Origin: an uncultured Gemmataceae bacterium
GTDB lineage: Bacteria > Planctomycetota > Planctomycetia > Gemmatales > Gemmataceae
Direction of reading: 5' to 3'
NCBI GenBank assembly: GCA_963750165.1
Contig: CAVVPN010000003.1
Location: 2,752,001 to 2,816,000 of the forward strand
DNA: 64,000 bases
The position numbers were made by a program, and so were the translations under genes. The notes beneath the pieces were generated by a model. That model made no database searches, was not told where the DNA came from, and worked only from the letters and a program-made list of their open reading frames with translations. The stretch's first letter is position 1; every line of letters starts with the position of its first letter. Positions 40,751 through 51,589 of this stretch are shown here, in pieces.

Positions 40751-42676
40751 ATGGCCAGGAAAAAGCGCCCGTCCGACGGCGACCGACGGAAGAAGCGTCG
40801 CCAGCCGAAGCCGACCCCGAAACCGCCGGCTCCGCTCGACCTCCCCGACCGCCGCGCAATGGAGGGCGCGATGCGGGAAATCGCGGCCCAGCTGAGTGGC
40901 CGAAGCCACCCCGTTGACACGCCGCTGGGCCGGGCCGAGGCGCTCGTCCAGCAGGCGTTCCGCGAGCGCAGCCCGGAACGCCGCGCTCAACTGGCCCGGG
41001 ACGCGCTGGCCCTCAGTCCCGATTGCGCCGACGCCTATGTCCTGCTGGCGGAACAAACCCCCCGCCGCAAGGAAGCCCTGAAACTGTACGAGCAGGGCGT
41101 CGCCGCTGGCGAGCGTGCCCTCGGATCGGAGCGGTTTCAGGAGGCCGTCGGCCACTTCTGGGGCGTCCTCGAAACGCGGCCGTACATGCGTGCCCGGGAG
41201 GGACTGGCCCAGGTCCTGTGGACCTCCGGCCGCCGCAACGAGGCCGTGCGACACCTGCAAGAGATGCTGCGGCTGAACCCGAACGACAACCAGGGCCTGC
41301 GCTACACGCTGGCTGGCTGGCTGCTGTTCCTGGACCGCGATGCCGAGCTGGAAGCCCTGCTGCGGCAGTTCGACGACGACGGCATGGCGGCCTGGGCGTA
41401 CACACGGGCGCTGCTCGCCTTCCGGAAGCACGGCGACACGCTGGAGGCTCGCCAACTGCTCAAGCAGGCGAAGAAGGCCAACAAGTATGTGCCGGACTAC
41501 CTGCTCGGCCGCAAGTTCCCGCCGGAGCAACAGCCGCCCCACTACGGCCTGGGCGACGAGAACGAGGCCCTGATCTACGTCGCCGGCTTCCTGGCCGGCT
41601 GGAAGGGCACGCCGGGCGCGGTAGCCTGGCTGCGGGCCAACGACGCGAAGGTCAAGAAACACAAGGAAAAAGCACCCCAGGCCCGCGGGCCGCTCGATCT
41701 CGTCAAGAAGTGGCTGACGGACAAACTGCCGCAGGTCGAGGACGTGTGGCAGGCGGATTGCCGTCGGTTTCCCAAATGGGTCAACGCTGGTGGCGAGCCG
41801 GTGCGGCCGTGGGTCATCATGGCGCTGAACCGCACCAATAACCTGGTGCTGGGCCATCAGATCGTGGAGGCGGCGCCCACCGCGGCGCTGCTCTGGGACA
41901 CGCTGGTGCAGGCGATGCAGCACCCGCCCGCCGGCAAGCCGCACCGGCCCCGCGAACTCCAGGTCCGCGCCGACGAGCGCTGGGAAACGTTGCGGCCGCA
42001 CTTCGAGCAGGTCGGCATTCAGTTGGTGGTGACTGCCGAACTTGACCGGCTGGACGAGGCGTTCGCGGGGATGCTTGAGCACGTGATCGGGCCGGTCGAG
42101 CCGGGGTTGCTGGACGTGTCCGGCGTGACGCCGGAGCAGGCGGCCCGGTTTTACGAGGCTGCGGCGTACTTCTACCGGCAGGCGCCGTGGAAGAAAGTTG
42201 GCTACGAGTCGGCGATCAAGATCGAGTGCGACCGAATTGAGGGTGGGCCGTGGTACGGCGTGCTCATGGGCCAGTCGGGCCTGACCATCGGCCTGGCGCT
42301 GTACGAGGACTTGAAGCTGCTGCGCGGCATGTGGAGTGAGGAGCGCGACGACGAGGATAACGCCCGGCGGACGGTGGCGACGACCGTGACCTTCGGCGAC
42401 GAGTACGAGACGCCGGTGGCCGACATCGACGCGGCGCGGCGGCACGGTTGGCCGGTGGCGCGGCCGGACGCCTATCCGACGGCCATCCACAAGGGTCGCG
42501 GCATGTCGATGCGGCCGCCGAAGGCGGTGGAGTTGGAGTTGCTGGAGGGCTGTCTGCGGGCGGTGCCGGAGTTCGTGATGAAGCGCGACCAGGATGACCC
42601 GACGCCGGAGACGTTCACGGTGCCGGTGGCGTCGGGGCCGCTGCGGCTGACGCTGGCGTGGGTGGTGGACGAGTAA
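40751..42676 (+). CDS. TPR-containing protein with C-terminal DUF6930-like domains
   Basis: SPDCADAYVLLA, FWGVLETRPYMRAR, LNPNDNQGLRY; FYRQAPW; GGAG RBS. Confidence 0.7.
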   Translation: MARKKRPSDGDRRKKRRQPKPTPKPPAPLDLPDRRAMEGAMREIAAQLSGRSHPVDTPLGRAEALVQQAFRERSPERRAQLARDALALSPDCADAYVLLAEQTPRRKEALKLYEQGVAAGERALGSERFQEAVGHFWGVLETRPYMRAREGLAQVLWTSGRRNEAVRHLQEMLRLNPNDNQGLRYTLAGWLLFLDRDAELEALLRQFDDDGMAAWAYTRALLAFRKHGDTLEARQLLKQAKKANKYVPDYLLGRKFPPEQQPPHYGLGDENEALIYVAGFLAGWKGTPGAVAWLRANDAKVKKHKEKAPQARGPLDLVKKWLTDKLPQVEDVWQADCRRFPKWVNAGGEPVRPWVIMALNRTNNLVLGHQIVEAAPTAALLWDTLVQAMQHPPAGKPHRPRELQVRADERWETLRPHFEQVGIQLVVTAELDRLDEAFAGMLEHVIGPVEPGLLDVSGVTPEQAARFYEAAAYFYRQAPWKKVGYESAIKIECDRIEGGPWYGVLMGQSGLTIGLALYEDLKLLRGMWSEERDDEDNARRTVATTVTFGDEYETPVADIDAARRHGWPVARPDAYPTAIHKGRGMSMRPPKAVELELLEGCLRAVPEFVMKRDQDDPTPETFTVPVASGPLRLTLAWVVDE

Positions 42677-42680
42677 CGAC

Positions 42681-42775
42681 AGAACATCTTGGCGAGCGGG
42701 GTCGCGTCAGCGCCCCGTGCCTGCCTCCGCTGGGCACACGGGGCGCTGACGCGACCCCGCTCACCAAGATGTTCT
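42681..42775. repeat. Long REP doublet between convergent genes
   Basis: AGAACATCTTGG.GAGCGGGGTCGCGTCAGCGCCCCGTG and its reverse complement (one mismatch). Confidence 0.85.
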
Positions 42776-42797
42776 ACCAAACAAAGCAAACCCCCGT

Positions 42798-44140
42798 TTA
42801 CAAATCCGCCTGCACCAGTCGCTCGGGCCGGCCGACGCGCTGCAGCAGCGCCTCCGCCGCGAGATAGCCGCTGCGCACCGCTCCTTCCATGGTGGCCGGC
42901 CAGCCCGTCGCGGTCCAGTCGCCGGCCACGAACAGGTTGTCCAGTGGCGAGCGCTGCGACGGTCGCCAGCGGTCCACGTCCGGCACGGCGCTGAAGGTCG
43001 CGGCGTGCTCGGTCACCACCCGCGCCCGCCGCACTGCCGCCGCCTGTGCCGCCGGGAACAACTGCCGCAACTCGCCGACGATGCGCCGCTCCACCGCCTC
43101 ACGCCCCAGCCCGCGGAACTGCCGCGCCGCGCTGACTACCACCTGCAAATACTGGCCGTCCGCGTCGCCGCCGCGGTTGAAGACCCACTGCCCGACGCAA
43201 TCGACCAGCACCGCGTGCGGCAGCGTCAGCACCGGCCGGTCGAACCACACATGCACACTGGTGATCGGTGACGTTTCCAGGCGGTGGAGGTTGTGAAAGT
43301 AAGGCTCCGCGTCCACCACGGCCGGCGGCAGCAGATCCAGCAACCGCTCAAACGGCACGGCGCTGACGTACCAGTCCGCCGTCAGCGTTTCGCCCTGGCG
43401 CATCTCCAACCCGCTTACCCGGCCCTGTTCAACGGCGAAGCGCCGGCCGCCGCGCTGCACGTGCAGTTCGACCTGCTGGCAGTCCAGCCAGCCGCGGAGT
43501 TCCGGGCCGTAGAGACGGCCGAGCGGCACTGTGGGCAACTCGACCTCGAAGCCGCGCGGGTGACGCAGGAAACCGTCCACGAACACCTTGCGGGCGTAGC
43601 GCAGGCCGATGCGGTCGGGGCTCTCGTTAAGGGCGCTGATGAGCACCAGGCCCCAGAAGCGCTCGACAGCGCGGCGCTCTGGCGGTGTTGTCGCAGCCAG
43701 TCGTGGAACGGCGGATCGTCGTCCGGCGGCGTGCGCTGCAGACAGGCCAGGCCGTAGGCGATGCGTACCTTGTCGGCGAGCGGCAGGTAGTGGGCGGCGG
43801 CGAAGCTGCGCAGCAGGTGCAGCGGCGCGGGCCAGGGGTCGGCGGCGAATTTGCTGACGCGGCGGTCGGGCGTGAGGAAGTACAGGCACTGTTGCGGTCG
43901 CAGCAGGTGGGCGACGCCGACGGTGCGGCAGAAGTGGGCGTAGTTGGTGCAGCAGCCCATGCTGACGTGCTGGCAGGTGTCGATGAGCTGACCGGTGGCG
44001 GCGTCGTGGAAGGAGCCAGCCCGGCCGCCGAGGCGGTCGCGCGCCTCCAGCAGCGTGACGCGGAAGCCGCGCGGCGCCAGCGCCGTCGCCGCCGCCAGCC
44101 CGGCGAGGCCGCCACCCAGGATGAGCACCCGCTCCGCCAT
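42798..44140 (-). CDS. hpnE: Hydroxysqualene dehydroxylase HpnE; frameshift near 43675
   Basis: GGGLAGLAAA, LGGRAGSF, DTCQHVSMGCC, AGDWTATGWPATMEGAVRSG; downstream of hpnC and hpnD. Confidence 0.9.
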
Positions 44141-44160
44141 CGGTTCATCTCAAAAAATTA

Positions 44161-44267
44161 TTCACCACAAAGACTCAAAGGAACACAAAGGAAAGGCAAA
44201 GGAGAGCAACAAATTGCTCTTTTTCTCTCTTTGTCTTCTTTGTGTTCCTTTGTGTCTTTGTGGTGAA
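44161..44267. repeat. Inverted-repeat element, same architecture as 23632-23732, inside hpn operon
   Basis: TTCACCACAAAGAC.CAAAGGAACACAAAG...CTTTGTGTTCCTTTGTGTCTTTGTGGTGAA. Confidence 0.82.
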
Positions 44268-44277
44268 CTCCTCTTCG

Positions 44278-45139
44278 TCACGCCCAGCCCCAGCGCACCG
44301 GCAGGGCGGTCGCCACCAGCAGCAGCTTGCGCCAGCGGCTCAGGCTGACGCGGCACGAGAACACGTCGTAGTCGCGCCGCTCGATGGTGTTCAACAGTCC
44401 CCGATAGGTTCGCGCCATCACCAGGAACACCGCCCGCCCGGCGGCCGGCAGCAGGTCCACCAGCGGCCAGCCCGCGTCGTAAAACTGCCGCGCTCGCTGC
44501 ACCTGGAAGCGCATCAGGTCACGAAAGCGCTCGTCGCGCCGGCCCTGGGCGAACGCCGCCGCGTCGATGCCGAAGCGCTCCAGCTCCTCCTGCGGCAGGT
44601 ACACCCGACCGCGGGCCGCATCCTCGCCCAGGTCGCGCAGGATGTTCGTCATCTGAAACGCGATGCCCGCCTGCTCCGCGTACTGCTTGGCCTGCTCGCG
44701 ACGAAAGCCCCAGACGTGGATGCACGCCAGGCCCACCACCGACGCCACGCGGTAACAGTACAGCCGCAGGTCCGCGAAGGTGCGGTACGCCACCGGCTGC
44801 AGGTCCATCTCCACGCCGTCCAGCGCCGCGTCCAGGTAGCCGCGCGGGATGTGATGAGTGTGCAGCGTGTCGTGCAGCGCGGCGTGCAGCGGGTGTGTGA
44901 AGTCGCCGTGCCAGGCGCCGTCGAAGTCGGCGCGCGCAGCGGTGCAGGCGGCGCTGCCGGTCGGTTGGTGGGGCAGCCGCGTCGCTGAGATCGTCGGCGA
45001 CGCGCAGGAAGGCGTACAGGGCGCACATGGACCGGCGCTGCCGCGGCGGCAGTACGCCGAACGCCGGGTAGAAGTTGCCAGCTGTGAGCCGCGCCAGCGC
45101 CTCGCAATATCGATAGGAACGGGCCAACTCGGGGGTCAT
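44278..45139 (-). CDS. hpnD: Presqualene diphosphate synthase HpnD; +1 frameshift near 44935
   Basis: NFYPAF, LYAFLRVADDLSD, YCYRVASVVG, FQMTNILRDLGED..RGRVYLP. Confidence 0.88.
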
Positions 45140-45195
45140 GGTTCTTCCGTGGGTTTTGACTTGCTCCCCTCGCCTCCTGAAGGGGGCGAGGGGAG

Positions 45196-46131
45196 TCAAT
45201 CCATTTCGTCCCTCACCACAGCGCCGCGCACGCGCCGCCACAATACACCGCCCAGCAGGGCCGCCTTCTCCCACTTCGCCAACGTCGGCCGCCGGTGCCA
45301 CACATTGTAGTGGATCTGCTCGAGCTTGCGCAGCACCGCCAGGCCGCCGCGCACGAACAGCTCCACGTCCGGTCGCACCTCCTCCGGCATCAGCTCGACC
45401 AGCGGCAGACCACGGTAGAACAGGTCGCGCGTGCGGTCCACCGCGTAGCGCATCAGGTCGATGAACGGTTGGTTGTAGCGGCGCTGTTTCAGGTCGTCCT
45501 CGGTGTAGCCGAAGCGCAGCCGGTCCTCCTCGGGCAGATACACGCGATCGATGGCGTAATCGCGGGCCACGTCCTGCCAGAAATTCGTCAGTTGCAGCGC
45601 CGTGCAGATGTGGTCGCTCAGCGCCGCCCGGGGGGTGTCGTAGGCGCGGCACAGGTACAGTACCAGATGGCCGACCGGGTTGGCGGAGTAACGGCAGTAG
45701 TGCAGCAACTGGGCGAAGCTGCGATAGCGCTTGATGAGCTGGTCCTGCTCGAAGGCGAACAGCAAATCGAGGAACGGTTTTTTCGGGATGTCAAAGGCGC
45801 GGATGGTTTCGGCCAGCGCGACCATGACGGGGTGGTGCGGCTGGCCGGCGAAGCAGTCGTGCAGCTCGTCGCGCCACCAGCGCAGCAGGCCGAGCGAGCG
45901 CTGGCCGCCGCCGGTCTCGTCGCCGAGGTCGTCCGCCCAGCGGCAGTAGGCGTAGACGGCGTGGAAGTGCGGCCTTAGGTATCGCGGCAGCAGCAGGGTG
46001 GCGACGGAGAAGTTTTCGTAGTGGCCGCGCGCCAGCCGGCGGCAGTAGGCGTGCGCTCGCGGCGGCGACGGCGGCGCGTAGGAGCGCTGTGGGCCATAAG
46101 TCGCCAGTTCGCGGTGGAAGCCGTTACGCAT
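45196..46131 (-). CDS. hpnC: Squalene synthase HpnC (hydroxysqualene synthase)
   Basis: HYENFSVA, YAYCRWADDLGDE, YCRYSANPVG, LQLTNFWQD. Confidence 0.93.
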   Translation of the reverse strand: MRNGFHRELATYGPQRSYAPPSPPRAHAYCRRLARGHYENFSVATLLLPRYLRPHFHAVYAYCRWADDLGDETGGGQRSLGLLRWWRDELHDCFAGQPHHPVMVALAETIRAFDIPKKPFLDLLFAFEQDQLIKRYRSFAQLLHYCRYSANPVGHLVLYLCRAYDTPRAALSDHICTALQLTNFWQDVARDYAIDRVYLPEEDRLRFGYTEDDLKQRRYNQPFIDLMRYAVDRTRDLFYRGLPLVELMPEEVRPDVELFVRGGLAVLRKLEQIHYNVWHRRPTLAKWEKAALLGGVLWRRVRGAVVRDEMD

Positions 46132-46357
46132 GCCGCGGATTTTACCGGGGCCGCGCCGCCGCGGGAACGCCAATTCGCCGCCCTCCTCTCCCTCTCCCTG
46201 GTGGCATTGGTATCTGCACAACGGCATCAGCCGCTGTTCGGTTGCGTGGGGGGTGGCTGTTTCGGACGCCTGGGCGGCAGTTCGGGGATCGGTTCCAGGA
46301 CCGCCATCAGCAGTCGCCGTAATTCTTGGGGATCGTGATGCTCCAGCACGGCCAGCG

Positions 46358-46630
46358 GCGGATCGCGCCCGGGGTGGGACGGCGGGCACAGCTTGACCAG
46401 CAGGAGCCTGCATTGCCACAGCAAGGGGGCCAAGGAGGCCAAGGGGGCCAACTTTTTCACACGTCGAGAATCGGCGCCCTGGCTCCGTGCGGCTGGCAAG
46501 GCGCGACACCAAACGGCGGCGGTTGCCACAGCAAGGACGCCAAGAACGCCAAGAACGCCAACTTTTTCATACGTCGAGAAGCGGCGCCTGGCAGCGCCGG
46601 CCTGCCGTTTGTGGGCCACGCGACTGCGAA
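46358..46630 (-). repeat. Dispersed element, double-core copy (relative of 28138-28300)
   Basis: Two tandem ~68-bp cores between flanks matching those of the 28.1-kb copy. Confidence 0.8.
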
Positions 46631-46975
46631 TCGCGGCACGTTTGGCCCGGTGTCCAGTCTGGTTGACAGTCGCTGTACAGAATGTAAACCCTCATGTCGT
46701 CCGGCACTTCACGGCAGCAGTTCGAGCCGGACACGCACGTCGGCCCGACCAGACCAGCTTGTTCCAACTGATGTCCAGACAACGAGTAACGACACGCCAC
46801 AGGCCGCGCAGCCGAAAAGCCCGTGCATGGCCTGATGTTTGCTTATCCCTTCACCAATCCTCCGCTGAGGCAGGGCCCCAACGGATCGATGCGACCACCC
46901 TGTAACCCACTGGCATGGAGCGCGCGTTTCTCCCCCGATCACTCACCTTGCAAAAAGCCTTGGAGACGGGCGGCT

Positions 46976-48100
46976 GTGCTGACTCCGCGAACGACCGTTT
47001 GTCAACTGCTGCACACCCTGAACGTCGGCGGCGCCGAAGTCCTGGCGGCGCGGATCGGCCGCCGCCTTCGCGACCGCTGTCGCTTCGTCTTCGCCTGCCT
47101 GGACGAGATCGGCACCCTCGGCCTTGAACTGCGCGACGAAGGGTTTCCCGTCGAGGTGATCGGCCGGCGGGCCGGGCTGGACTGGCGCTGCGGCCTGCGC
47201 CTGGCGGCGTTGCTCCGCCGCGAGCGCGTCGATCTCATCCACGCCCATCAGTACACGCCGTTCTTTTACAGTCTGTTGGCCCGGTTCCTGTACCGCCGGC
47301 CGCCGGTGCTGTTCACCGAGCACGGCCGGCACTTCCCGGACTACCCGCGGCCCAAACGGCGGGCCGGCAACCGCCTTCTGCTGGAACAGCGCGACCGCGT
47401 GGTCGGCGTCGGCCAGGCCGTCCGCCAGGCGCTGATCCACAACGAGGGTATTCCCGCCCGGCGCGTCGGCGTCATCTACAACGGCATCGACCTGGACGGC
47501 TTCGGCAACGGCGCTCACGACCGTGCCGCCGTCCGCCGCGACCTGGGCGTGGCCGCGGACGACTTTGTGATCCTGCTCGTGGCACGTCTGGACTACCTCA
47601 AGGACCATGCCACCGCCGTGCGGACCATTCAGCGCGTGGCCCAGTCCCGGCCGAACGCCAAATTGGTCCTGGTCGGCGAGGGGCCGGAGAAGGCCAGGAT
47701 CGAGGCGCTGGTCGCGCAGCAGCAGCTCGGCGCCCAGGTGCGCTTCCTGGGCCTGCGCAAGGATGTTGCCCGGCTGCTGCGCGGGGCGGACCTGTTCCTG
47801 CTCACCAGCATCAGCGAGGGCATCCCCCTGACGGTGATCGAGGCGATGGCCGCGGGGCTGCCCGTGGTGGCCACGCGCGTCGGCGGCCTGGCCGAAGTGG
47901 TGGCGGATGGCACGACGGGCTGCCTGGCCCCTTCGGGCGATGACGCTGCCCTGGCCGAGCAGGTGCTGCGGCTGGCGGACGAGCCCGCGTTGCGGCACCG
48001 CCTGGGCGAAGCGGGCCGGCAGCGGGCGGCGGGCCTGTTCTCGGAAGACCAGATGCACGCGGCTTACTTCCAGCTTTACAAGGACATGATCGATGGCTGA
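46976..48100 (+). CDS. Glycosyltransferase family 4
   Basis: GGAE, IYNGID, ARLDYLKDH, SEGIPLTVIEAMAAGLPVVATRVGG; GTG start inferred from GGAG. Confidence 0.92.
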   Translation: MLTPRTTVCQLLHTLNVGGAEVLAARIGRRLRDRCRFVFACLDEIGTLGLELRDEGFPVEVIGRRAGLDWRCGLRLAALLRRERVDLIHAHQYTPFFYSLLARFLYRRPPVLFTEHGRHFPDYPRPKRRAGNRLLLEQRDRVVGVGQAVRQALIHNEGIPARRVGVIYNGIDLDGFGNGAHDRAAVRRDLGVAADDFVILLVARLDYLKDHATAVRTIQRVAQSRPNAKLVLVGEGPEKARIEALVAQQQLGAQVRFLGLRKDVARLLRGADLFLLTSISEGIPLTVIEAMAAGLPVVATRVGGLAEVVADGTTGCLAPSGDDAALAEQVLRLADEPALRHRLGEAGRQRAAGLFSEDQMHAAYFQLYKDMIDG

Positions 48101-49277
48101 CCAACCCCGGACCCAGCGGCCCGCGCTGCTCGTCTTCGCCGACGACTGGGGCCGGCATCCGTCCAGCTGCCAGCACCTGGTCGGCCATCTGCTCGAGCGC
48201 CGCCCCGTCCACTGGGTCAACACCATCGGCACGCGCACGCCGCGGCTCGACTGGGCCACCCTGCGCCGCAGCATGGGCAAGGCCCGTCAGTGGCTGCGGC
48301 GCCGGCCCGCGGCGGCCGGGGCGCTGCCCGCCAACCTTGCGGTGTTGAATCCGAAGATGTGGCCCTGGTTCGGTTCCGCCTTCGGCCGCGGGCTCAACCG
48401 GCGGCTGCTAACGCGGCAACTGGCGCCGCTGCTGCGCTCGCTTCCCGAGGCCCCGGTGGCCGTCACCACCATCCCGCTGGTCGCGGATCTGGTCGGCACT
48501 CTGCCCGTGCGCCGCTGGGTGTACTACTGCGTGGACGACTTCAGTCAGTGGCCCGGCCTGGATCAGCGGACCCTGGAGGACATGGAGGTCGAGCTGGTTG
48601 CGCGGGTCGATGACATCGTCGCCGTGAGCGAGCCGTTGCAGCAGCGCCTGGCCCGCATGGGCCGCTCGTCCCAGCTGCTGACCCACGGCGTCGAACTGGA
48701 CTGCTGGGCGCCGCCCACCCGGGCCGAGGCTGTTCCCGAACTGGACGGGCTGCCGCGGCCGCTCGTCGGCTTCTGGGGCGCCGTGGACCGGCGCATGGAC
48801 ACGGCCTTTGTGGAACGGTTGGCTGGCGACCTGCGCGAAGGGACCATCCTGCTGATCGGCCCCTCGGACGGCCACGACCCGGCCCTGGACCGTCTCGACC
48901 GCGTGCGGCGGCTCGGCGCGGTGCCGTTCGCGCGGCTGCCGGTGCTGGCGGCGGAGCTGGCGGTGCTGGTGATGCCCTATGCGGACCTGCCGGTCACCCG
49001 CGCCATGCAGCCGCTCAAACTGAAAGAGTACCTGGCCACCGGCAAGGCCGCCGTCGTCCGCGACCTGCCGGCCACGCGACCGTGGTCCGACTGCCTCGAC
49101 CTGGCGGCCTCGCCGGAGGTGTTCTCCCAGGCGGTGCGCCACCGCCTGGAGACGGGGTTGCCGGCGCATCAGCAAACGGCCCGCGGCCGCCTCGCTGACG
49201 AGGGCTGGGCCGCGAAGGCCCAGGCGTTCGAGCAAGTCCTTTTTCCCGCCCATGAGGCAGAGAGCAGGTCGGCATGA
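48093..49277 (+). CDS. Glycosyltransferase (GT-B, GT4-like)
   Basis: FADDWGRHPSSCQH, YYCVDDF, PLKLKEYLATGK. Confidence 0.85.
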   Translation: MADQPRTQRPALLVFADDWGRHPSSCQHLVGHLLERRPVHWVNTIGTRTPRLDWATLRRSMGKARQWLRRRPAAAGALPANLAVLNPKMWPWFGSAFGRGLNRRLLTRQLAPLLRSLPEAPVAVTTIPLVADLVGTLPVRRWVYYCVDDFSQWPGLDQRTLEDMEVELVARVDDIVAVSEPLQQRLARMGRSSQLLTHGVELDCWAPPTRAEAVPELDGLPRPLVGFWGAVDRRMDTAFVERLAGDLREGTILLIGPSDGHDPALDRLDRVRRLGAVPFARLPVLAAELAVLVMPYADLPVTRAMQPLKLKEYLATGKAAVVRDLPATRPWSDCLDLAASPEVFSQAVRHRLETGLPAHQQTARGRLADEGWAAKAQAFEQVLFPAHEAESRSA

Positions 49278-50476
49278 GGCAGCAACTCGAACGGCAGCGC
49301 CGGCCGCAACCCGGACGCCGCGGGGCGGTCGGCCCCGTGGTGCTGGACACCCGCGTCGTCACGGAGGCGGGCGGGGGGCCGGAGAAAACCATCCTCAGTT
49401 CGCCCCGCTTCTTCCGGCCCCACGGCTACGAGATGCTGTGCGCCTACATGCACCCCCCCGGCGACCCCGGCTTCGAGCAGTTGCGCCGCAAGGCGGCGGC
49501 CCTGGAAGCGCCGCTGTTCTCCGTGCCCGACCGCGGCGCGTGGGACTGGCGTGTGGTCTCGGAAATGCTGCGCATCTGCCGGCGCGAACGGGCCCGCATC
49601 TGGCACGGTCACGACTACAAAAGCAACGCCCTCGGCCTGCTGTTGACCCGCTTCTGGCCCATGCGCCTGGTGACGACGGTCCACGGTTGGGTGCGACAGA
49701 CGCGGCGCACGCCCCTGTATTACAAGATCGACCGGCTGTGTCTGCCGCGCTACGAGTCGGTGATCTGCGTCTCGGAGGACCTGCGCGAGCAGTGCCTGGC
49801 CAGCGGCGTCCCCGCCGAGCGCTGCGTGTTGATCGAAAACGGCATCGACCTGCAACAGTACGCCCGCTGCCGGTCGGTCGCGGAAGCCGGGCGGCGCCTC
49901 GAAGTGCCCGTCGGGCGGCAGGTGGTTGGCGCGGTCGGCCGGCTGTCACCGGAAAAGGGCTTCGACCTGTTGATCCGGGCCGTGCATGGCCTCCTGGCTG
50001 GCGGCCGGGACCTGGAACTGTGGATCGTCGGCGAGGGTGACGACCGGCCGCGCCTGGAGGCGCTCATCGCGGAGCTGGGCGCCGGCGACCGGATCCGGCT
50101 GCTGGGGTATCAGCCCGACCCGCGGGAACTGTACGAGGCCTGGGACGTGTTCGCCCTGAGCAGTCTGCGGGAGGGGCTGCCCAACGTGGTACTGGAGGCC
50201 CTGGCCCTGGAAGTGCCCGTGGTGGCGACGCGGGTCGCGGGCGTGCCGCGGTTGATCCACGATGGCGAGAACGGTCTGCTCGTGTCCCCCGGCTCGGCGG
50301 CGGAACTCGGCCAGGCCGTGGGCCGGTTGCTCGCGGACGACGCGCTCCGCCAGCGCCTGAGCCGGGCCGGCCGCCAGACCGTCGAGACGGGCTACAGTTT
50401 CGCCAGCCGCGTTGCGAAAATCGCCCGCCTCTATGACGCCTTGCTGGCGGGCGGCCCCAGCGGTCCGCCGTGTTGA
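49274..50476 (+). CDS. Glycosyltransferase family 4
   Basis: GGPEK, HGHDYK, GRLSPEKG, REGLPNVVLEA. Confidence 0.92.
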   Translation: MRQQLERQRRPQPGRRGAVGPVVLDTRVVTEAGGGPEKTILSSPRFFRPHGYEMLCAYMHPPGDPGFEQLRRKAAALEAPLFSVPDRGAWDWRVVSEMLRICRRERARIWHGHDYKSNALGLLLTRFWPMRLVTTVHGWVRQTRRTPLYYKIDRLCLPRYESVICVSEDLREQCLASGVPAERCVLIENGIDLQQYARCRSVAEAGRRLEVPVGRQVVGAVGRLSPEKGFDLLIRAVHGLLAGGRDLELWIVGEGDDRPRLEALIAELGAGDRIRLLGYQPDPRELYEAWDVFALSSLREGLPNVVLEALALEVPVVATRVAGVPRLIHDGENGLLVSPGSAAELGQAVGRLLADDALRQRLSRAGRQTVETGYSFASRVAKIARLYDALLAGGPSGPPC

Positions 50477-50506
50477 AGACATCGCACCAGGGAAAGGGGC
50501 TGAATC

Positions 50507-51589
50507 ATGGCCACCGTTGACGTTTCGACACCGCCGCCCGCTCCGCTGTCCATCCGGCTGCACCGCGGCCGCGACCTGGAGCACGGCATGGGCCGCTGGG
50601 CGGAATACGTGTCCCGAACGTCCTTCACGCCCCTGAGCCGGCACCCGGCCTGGCTGCACGTCCTGCGCGACGGGCTCGGCCACACGCCGTACTGCCTGGA
50701 GGCCGTGGCGGGCGACCGCACACGCGGCCTGCTGCCGCTGGCCGAGGTGGACAGCCTGCTCTTCGGACGCTTCCTTGTGAGCCTGCCCTACGTGAACCAC
50801 GGCGGCGTGCTGGCCGACGACGACGCCACGGCCGCCGCCCTGATTGACGCGGCGGTCAACCTGGCCGACGTGCTGGAGGTGCGTTATCTGGAACTGCGCC
50901 AGGGCGAAGCCATCGACCACCCGGCGCTGCCGCTGCGCATGTCCGGCAAGGTCCACATGCGCCGGCCGCTGCCGCCGACACCGGAATTACTCTGGGAAGA
51001 ACTCAACTGCAAGGTCCGCAACCAGGTCCGCAAGGCGCGCAAACACGAGTTGACCGTGGCCTGGGGTGGCGAAGAACTGCTCGGCGAATTTCACGCGGTC
51101 TTCAGCCGCAACATGCGCGACCTGGGCACGCCGACCTACGGCAAGGGGTTGTTCGCCAGCATTTTGCGGCAGTTCCCCGACCGGGCGGAACTGTGCGTGG
51201 TGCGGGCCGGCGCCGTGCCGGTGGCGTCCGCCCTGCTGACGCACGGCTGGGGCGTGACCGAGGTGCCCAGCGCCAGCGCCCTGCGGCAGTACAACGCCAC
51301 CTGCGCCAACATGCTGATGTACTGGCATCTGCTGGAGCGCGCCAGCCAGCGCGGCCAGTCCGTTTTCGACTTCGGCCGCTCCAGCCGGGACAGCAACACG
51401 TATCGGTTCAAGGACCAGTGGGGGGCCAAGGAGGCGCCGGCGGACTGGCTGTATCACCTGCGGATCGGCGAGATGTCGGCCATGCGTCCGGAGAACCCGC
51501 GCTACCAGCGCCTGATCCGCATGTGGCAGCGGTTGCCGGTGTGGCTGACGCGCCTGCTCGGGCCGCGCATCGTCCGCGGCATCCCCTGA
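50507..51589 (+). CDS. FemAB-like GNAT protein of the type found in exosortase/PEP-CTERM EPS loci
   Basis: SLLFGRFLVSLPY.N.GG, KVRNQVRKA, NMRDLGTP, FDFGRS..S.TYRFK.QWG, WQRLP. Confidence 0.88.
   Translation: MATVDVSTPPPAPLSIRLHRGRDLEHGMGRWAEYVSRTSFTPLSRHPAWLHVLRDGLGHTPYCLEAVAGDRTRGLLPLAEVDSLLFGRFLVSLPYVNHGGVLADDDATAAALIDAAVNLADVLEVRYLELRQGEAIDHPALPLRMSGKVHMRRPLPPTPELLWEELNCKVRNQVRKARKHELTVAWGGEELLGEFHAVFSRNMRDLGTPTYGKGLFASILRQFPDRAELCVVRAGAVPVASALLTHGWGVTEVPSASALRQYNATCANMLMYWHLLERASQRGQSVFDFGRSSRDSNTYRFKDQWGAKEAPADWLYHLRIGEMSAMRPENPRYQRLIRMWQRLPVWLTRLLGPRIVRGIP

Noticed and set aside
46358..46630. Repeat-spacer-repeat pattern as a CRISPR array
   Set aside because: Only two degenerate ~68-bp units, too long for CRISPR repeats; no cas genes
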